This document shows positions 58,710-64,000 of a DNA stretch of 64,000 nt, piece by piece. The notes below the pieces were generated by a model that worked only from the letters and a program-made list of their open reading frames with translations, did not search any database and was not told the DNA's origin. The first letter of the stretch is position 1. Every line of letters begins with the position of its first letter. The stretch spans positions 1,312,001 to 1,376,000 of the forward strand of contig OY776510.1 in NCBI GenBank assembly GCA_963675665.1, read 5' to 3'. Both the position numbers and the translations under genes were made by a program. The stretch comes from Spirochaetia bacterium. Its GTDB lineage: Bacteria; Spirochaetota; Spirochaetia; UBA9216.

Positions 58710-60179
58710 TTAAAATGAAGGAGACGCCTGATTGCCCGGTATTTTCGAGGAAACCGGAAGTTTGATTATAAATGTTGTTCCATTTCCCTCCTTGCTTTCA
58801 ACCTCTATTATTCCTCCGTGCTTCTGAATAATTCCGTGAGATATGGACAGCCCCAAACCGGTGCCTTTTCCGACTTCTTTCGTTGTAAAGAAGGGATCAA
58901 ACAGCCTGGTAAGATTTTCTTCAGGAATGCCTTTTCCGTCGTCTGAAATTCTGATAATGATCATGTCGTTTTCAAGACGGGATTCAATTGTCACCTTTCC
59001 GTGTGATTCTATGGCCTGGGAAGCGTTTACAAGTATATTGATAAATACCTGTGTGAGCTGGTCCGCCTTGCACGGAATGGGTTTCAGTTTTCCAAGTTTT
59101 TTATCAACCTCGCATTTATATTTAAGTTCATTCCAGGTAAGTCTTAATGCATCCTCAATTGCCTGGTTGACATCCGCTTCCTGAAAATCAGAGTTATCGC
59201 TTCTTCCGAATTTTCTAAGACCGGCGACAATTTCCTTTATTCTGTCGGCCCCGTCTATCGATTCTTCCAGGAGTTGTTTGCTGTCTTTGATCACAAACGG
59301 CAGGTCTTCTTTTTCGATCAGCGCTTTAATGATCCCGGTAATTTCTGTTGACTCTGGATCTGTATCAGGGGTAAAGCCGGAAACCAGTTTGCTCGTCAGT
59401 TCATAGAACGTTTCAATTATATTTACGTATTCAGTCATTGTATGGAGGTTGCTTGATATATAACCTGTCGGGTTGTTTATCTCATGGGCAACTCCTGCAG
59501 CAAGCTGACCAATTGAAGCCATTTTCTCACTGAGCACAAGCTGGTTCTGTGCTTTCTGAAGCTCGTCGTAAGCTTTTTTCAGTTCGTTGTTGCTGCTTTC
59601 CAGTTCCCTGGTTCTATGTGCTATGCGCAATTCGAGGTCATATTGCGATTGAATCAGTGCATCTTTCTGATAGCAGGCTATACATGCCACAGAGAGCCTG
59701 CCTGTGAGTTCCTGAAGAGGCGATACAAGCTCCCTGTCGAATTTTGAGTCCGTTTTGTTCAGAAAAATGAATCCTGTTTCCGGTATCTCCAAAACAAGAT
59801 TCTGGCTTGAGCCGATGGTTAACAGTTTTGGAGGAAACAGTTCTTCGTTATCTGAAACAATTCGCTCTGAAATCATTCTGTTTATGATATCCGTTAACTC
59901 ATTGTATTCTTCGCTGCCGGCAAAGATTCTGGGAAGAAGAAAAGTCCGTAATTTGGGCTGCAGATGACCGGGTTTTACATATAAAAAGATTCCGCCTGCG
60001 GAGCAATTGAGTTTATCTATAAAAACAGAAAGTGATTGCTTGAGCATTTGCTCCAGATCGAGACTTCGTCCTATAGACATTGCTATTTCATAGATAATCT
60101 GAAACCTTTTTATGTCTGTTTCCACGAATCCATACTCCTGTTCTTTCTTTTTTTCAGCATAATTCTTCGAAGAATACAA
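58710..60179 (-). CDS. Cytoplasmic sensor histidine kinase (NtrB-like)
   Basis: EKMASIGQLAAGVAHEINNP, QVFINILVNA and FDPFFTTKEVGKGTGLGL motifs. Confidence 0.95.
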   Translation of the reverse strand: MYSSKNYAEKKKEQEYGFVETDIKRFQIIYEIAMSIGRSLDLEQMLKQSLSVFIDKLNCSAGGIFLYVKPGHLQPKLRTFLLPRIFAGSEEYNELTDIINRMISERIVSDNEELFPPKLLTIGSSQNLVLEIPETGFIFLNKTDSKFDRELVSPLQELTGRLSVACIACYQKDALIQSQYDLELRIAHRTRELESSNNELKKAYDELQKAQNQLVLSEKMASIGQLAAGVAHEINNPTGYISSNLHTMTEYVNIIETFYELTSKLVSGFTPDTDPESTEITGIIKALIEKEDLPFVIKDSKQLLEESIDGADRIKEIVAGLRKFGRSDNSDFQEADVNQAIEDALRLTWNELKYKCEVDKKLGKLKPIPCKADQLTQVFINILVNASQAIESHGKVTIESRLENDMIIIRISDDGKGIPEENLTRLFDPFFTTKEVGKGTGLGLSISHGIIQKHGGIIEVESKEGNGTTFIIKLPVSSKIPGNQASPSF

Positions 60180-60927
60180 CGGCTTTGAATTTATCCCGAC
60201 TCCTGAGTGTTCTGGTAAAAACTCTTATATTTTGACCGTTGTGTTCAGTCTCAAATGAAGTTTGTCCTCCCGGAAGTTCCGTTCCGGTAATAATATTAAT
60301 ACCGGTTTGTCCCGGAAAAATTTCATTAACAGGGGTTCCTGTTTCAGTTTGTTTTCTAAAAAAGGAAAGAAACTCTTTATTGATTAATACAGCCCGATTG
60401 TCGTCTGATACTACGATTGCCGGCTGGGGAAGCATGTCAAGGATGTCGGCATTGATTTCAAGAGCTGTATCGCGCAAGTCAAGCTTTTTTATCAGGGCAA
60501 TATTTTCATCTATCAATCTTTTCATATATACTTTGTTACACTGTAAGGTATTGTATTGTGTAAAACCTTCTTTTATTATTTCCGTCAGCTCGTTCTTTTT
60601 CCAGGGTTTGGCTATAAACCTGTATACTTCTCCACGGTTTATTGATTGAATAAGTGTTTTAGAATCCGTATATCCGGAAAGAATCATTCTTATTGTATCA
60701 GGACTCTGAGTTTTAACCTTTTGAAGCAGTTCTATTCCGGTCATGGTCGGCATTTTTTCATCGGTTATGAGAACCTGAATGTTCTTTTTTGAAAGTATTT
60801 GTAGGGCTTCTGAACTGCTTCCGGCGCAAACTACAGTAAATTCACTGTTTCTTAACTGCCGTGTAATAGAGTTTAGTATCTCTTTTTCGTCATCTACAAA
60901 CAATACAATTCTTTTGTGTTTTTCCAT
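60154..60927 (-). CDS. Response regulator (REC plus PAS-like domain)
   Basis: FVDDE, TDEKMP, LSGY and KPW motifs. Confidence 0.88.
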   Translation of the reverse strand: MEKHKRIVLFVDDEKEILNSITRQLRNSEFTVVCAGSSSEALQILSKKNIQVLITDEKMPTMTGIELLQKVKTQSPDTIRMILSGYTDSKTLIQSINRGEVYRFIAKPWKKNELTEIIKEGFTQYNTLQCNKVYMKRLIDENIALIKKLDLRDTALEINADILDMLPQPAIVVSDDNRAVLINKEFLSFFRKQTETGTPVNEIFPGQTGINIITGTELPGGQTSFETEHNGQNIRVFTRTLRSRDKFKAVVFFEELC

Positions 60928-61113
60928 AGTATTATTACCCCCTTAACACTGTTAAGAGTAGGATAAATCAACCTGAAAGTCAAAAAAAGATTTTCTGCAA
61001 TATTTTGTTTAATCAGTAAAATTGCCTGATTTGTGTTTTGAATTTGAAAATTGAGAATAATCTTTTATACTTAATTAATATACAGGGATGTCGGTTTTTA
61101 AGGAGGATTATAA

Positions 61114-62034
61114 GTGTGTCAGAAGATACTTTTTGTAGATGATGAAGAGAAGATTCTTTTATCGCTTAAAAGATTATTCAGAACGAGCGAATGTAAACTG
61201 CATTTTGTAACAAGCGGAAAAGAAGGGCTGGAATTTCTTCGTAAAGAATCAGTAAGCGTAATAGTCTCTGATATGAAAATGCCGGAAATGAACGGCGTGG
61301 AATTCCTGGTGGAGGCAATGAAAATATGCCCGAATGCAGTTCGAATTATTCTGTCGGGATATGCGGAATCGGGAAAGATTATGGATGCAGTTAATAATGG
61401 ACATATATGGCGTTTTATTCCCAAACCCTGGAATAATGATGAATTAAAGATTTCTATAAAAAATGCGCTGGATCTGTATCGACGGGAAAAAGAGCGAATT
61501 GATCTTACCGAAAAACTTAAACAGAAAACCATAGAACTTGACAGTCTGAATAAACTCCTTGAGAAAAAGGTTGAAGAAAGAACCTGGCATCTGAATGAAA
61601 GAACAAGGCTACTTAATATGCTTTTGGAGGATGCTGATATACAAATAATTGTCAGGGATTGCTGTTCGGATATTTCAAAGCTTCTTGATAGTACACCTGT
61701 TTATGTAAAATCATCATTCTGCAATGATTTCTGTTCATCGGAGAAGAAGCAGACTGAAAATATTCCTCCTGAAGTCTATGACATCGAGAAGAAATCGCAT
61801 GATAAGGCCGGTATAATTTCAATAGGGAATTATATAGTGTTTGAATTAAAAAAAGCTGATACCAGGCTCGGAACTCTTATAATCAAGAAAAACAATTCTG
61901 CTCTTTCGGAAAAACTTGGTGAAAGAATTGCCGGATACACATCTCTTCTTAATATTACGCTCTTTCAGTTTAGATCTTTGAAAGCCGCGCCCGAGCTTAT
62001 AAAAAATATCGATAAAATAATTGGATTGATATAG
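61114..62034 (+). CDS. Response regulator (REC, coiled coil and GAF-like remnant)
   Basis: FVDDE, SDMKMP, LSGY and KPW motifs. Confidence 0.88.
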   Translation: MCQKILFVDDEEKILLSLKRLFRTSECKLHFVTSGKEGLEFLRKESVSVIVSDMKMPEMNGVEFLVEAMKICPNAVRIILSGYAESGKIMDAVNNGHIWRFIPKPWNNDELKISIKNALDLYRREKERIDLTEKLKQKTIELDSLNKLLEKKVEERTWHLNERTRLLNMLLEDADIQIIVRDCCSDISKLLDSTPVYVKSSFCNDFCSSEKKQTENIPPEVYDIEKKSHDKAGIISIGNYIVFELKKADTRLGTLIIKKNNSALSEKLGERIAGYTSLLNITLFQFRSLKAAPELIKNIDKIIGLI

Positions 62035-63777
62035 ATGAAAATAGATTTTAAAAGTATTTCGATTGCTGATGAGTATGGAGAACTTCACAGTATCTCACGA
62101 CAGAATTTGGAATCGCTTTTAGTAAATATTTATAAATCACTCAGACATGCCGAATCTGTAGCCTCAGAATGTTCATTCGAAAATCCCGGACCGCAGGGTT
62201 ATTTTTGTCTTAAAAATGAAGTTTTTATCAAACTGACTGAAGACAAAGCAGGAGATAATGACCTTATTGAAGCAGATGATACTTTTTATGTGAGAAAACG
62301 TGACGGGGCGGCAGAACTGATTGCCCGGGAAAGCGGCTATCCTGTTTTAGAAAACGGGGTAATGACAATTTACAGTCCCTGTAAAATCACGGCTGACAAG
62401 GTTCATCTGTTTTATATTTTTTATCCTGTGAAAAGCGGCCGTGATAATCTCAAGGATGATTTTTTCTCTGCATTATCCATGCCTTCGAAAGAGCATGGAG
62501 TAAGGATGTATTCTGCAGAAGACATTTTTCAGCGGGTGGATTCGGGTAAAATACACATCCTGACCATCAGTATGGGGATTCCTGCTGTGCCGGCGAGAAA
62601 AGAACAATTGAATCTTAAAGTTTCCGGGGTAAAAAAAGCCGAAAGCACACCCGACGGCGGAATTGATAATTATTCGTTCAGTATTTTCCGGGAGGTGAAA
62701 GAGGGCACTGTATTAGCTGAAAAGATTAATGGAATAGAGGGTCAGGCCGGAATTGATGCTTACGGAAACGAAATACCTGTGGTTGCCTGGAAAGAGATTC
62801 CTTTTTCCGCCGGAAAGAATGTAAGAACGGAGGAAATACCTGAGGACGGCAGAATAGAGTACATTGCTGATATAACCGGGGTGCTTGAGCTGAAGGCGAC
62901 AAGCGTCAGTGTTCTTGAAGTTCTGCATGTGGCAGGAGATGTTTGTGCTGAAACCGGAAGCATTGACTTTTCACGCGACGTAATAGTTGACGGTGATGTA
63001 CATTCTCTTTTCAGAATAAAATGTGGAGGCAATCTGACTGTCAAAGGATTTATCGAGAACGGCGCATCGATTATCTGTGCCGGAGATTTTCATGCGGAAA
63101 AAGGAATAATCGGAGAGAAGACGGAACTTGTTGTAAACGGCAATATGGAAACGGAATTTATAAGCGATGCCGGCATACGTATTAAAGGGGATCTTCTTGT
63201 ACACGGCACCATATATTCGTCTGAAGTGTTTTGCGGGGGAACACTTGTAGTTGAAGGTAAAAAACTGAAAAACCGACAACGCGGAAGCGTAATAGGCAGC
63301 AGCGCTACCGCCATGAAAGGGCTTACTGTACATTCCGCTGGTTCGCGGATGTCGAAAACGTCCCTGATTTGCGGTATTGATCGAAAATTGAAAGAAGAAC
63401 TGGATAAAATGCGGGAATCGGTTCCTGTTTTTAATAAAAAGATTCTGGGGCTGCAAAACCGGATTGGGATTGATCTGACCCGATCGGATCTGATTGAAAA
63501 ACTTAAGCATCTGCCGTTGCCGCGTCGACAGGAAATAAAGGCAATACTTGAAGATATCAAAATCTATGCTGAACAGAAAGCAGGGCTTGAAGAGCGTATT
63601 GTAAAACTTCAGCCCAGGGTCCTGAACAGGGATACAGGATCCTTGAAGATAAAAATAAACAGTCATCTGATTCCTGATACCGAGATTCTGATTGGAGAAC
63701 TGCATGTCATGATAGAAAAAGAATACGGGCCGTTGGAAGTCTTCGTTCAGGAAGATGAAATAAAGTTCAGAACCTGA
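62035..63777 (+). CDS. FapA/DUF342 family protein
   Basis: V.EGTVLAEK..G..G.D.YG, GDV...TGSIDF..DV.V.GDV and beta-helix-like repeats. Confidence 0.85.
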   Translation: MKIDFKSISIADEYGELHSISRQNLESLLVNIYKSLRHAESVASECSFENPGPQGYFCLKNEVFIKLTEDKAGDNDLIEADDTFYVRKRDGAAELIARESGYPVLENGVMTIYSPCKITADKVHLFYIFYPVKSGRDNLKDDFFSALSMPSKEHGVRMYSAEDIFQRVDSGKIHILTISMGIPAVPARKEQLNLKVSGVKKAESTPDGGIDNYSFSIFREVKEGTVLAEKINGIEGQAGIDAYGNEIPVVAWKEIPFSAGKNVRTEEIPEDGRIEYIADITGVLELKATSVSVLEVLHVAGDVCAETGSIDFSRDVIVDGDVHSLFRIKCGGNLTVKGFIENGASIICAGDFHAEKGIIGEKTELVVNGNMETEFISDAGIRIKGDLLVHGTIYSSEVFCGGTLVVEGKKLKNRQRGSVIGSSATAMKGLTVHSAGSRMSKTSLICGIDRKLKEELDKMRESVPVFNKKILGLQNRIGIDLTRSDLIEKLKHLPLPRRQEIKAILEDIKIYAEQKAGLEERIVKLQPRVLNRDTGSLKIKINSHLIPDTEILIGELHVMIEKEYGPLEVFVQEDEIKFRT

Positions 63778-63901
63778 AACACCCTGATTAGCTTTCAGGT
63801 TAAATTCAAAAATTTTAAACGTATCCGTTCTCCCGGTTATCTTTTCTTGACACGATCATGTGTAAGTCCGATAATACTGTATCTGTTTGTATGAGGGTGT
63901 T

Positions 63902-64000
63902 TTGGCCAATTTAAAAGATGTTGCCCGGCTGGCAGGAGTTTCTGTTGCAACTGCTTCACAGGCATTAAATGGCAAGTATGTAAACGAAAAAACTCGCGAA
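63902..64000 (+). CDS. LacI family regulator, N-terminal fragment (runs off the window)
   Basis: TTG start after GAGGG; MANLKDVARLAGVSVATASQALNG HTH. Confidence 0.85.
   Translation, partial: MANLKDVARLAGVSVATASQALNGKYVNEKTRE

Overview
Gene-dense bacterial chromosome segment, most likely from a free-living anaerobic spirochaete. This assignment is inferred from the 'FAGGQSE'-type solute-binding-protein signal, a CTCTAAAAAC..GTTTTTAGAG palindrome and the FapA/DUF342 gene. The window holds housekeeping genes (DEAD-box helicase, pdxK, glmS, lemA), two or three sugar/polyol catabolic clusters, a sugar ABC transporter and two-component genes. No rRNA, tRNA or CRISPR array was seen. Two systems stand out. 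(1) An IS110-family element (about 37702-39083) inserted in the ribosome-binding site of eda. Its left-end non-coding region folds into two near-identical guide loops that match the donor junction (ATAGGAG|GAATG) and the target (TAGGAG|AAAA), consistent with a bridge RNA programmed to hit Shine-Dalgarno/start-codon regions. The predicted circle junction creates a TTGACT-N17-TAAAAA promoter. (2) A Listeria-type flavin/quinone extracytosolic electron-transfer locus (13446-18523): a two-FMN-domain protein, an Ndh2-DoxX fusion and DmkB/DmkA-like prenyl enzymes. Its Ndh2 carries seven tandem 22-aa repeats, each with a flavinylation-like DAVTAAS motif. All product calls come from motif recognition by eye; no searches were run.
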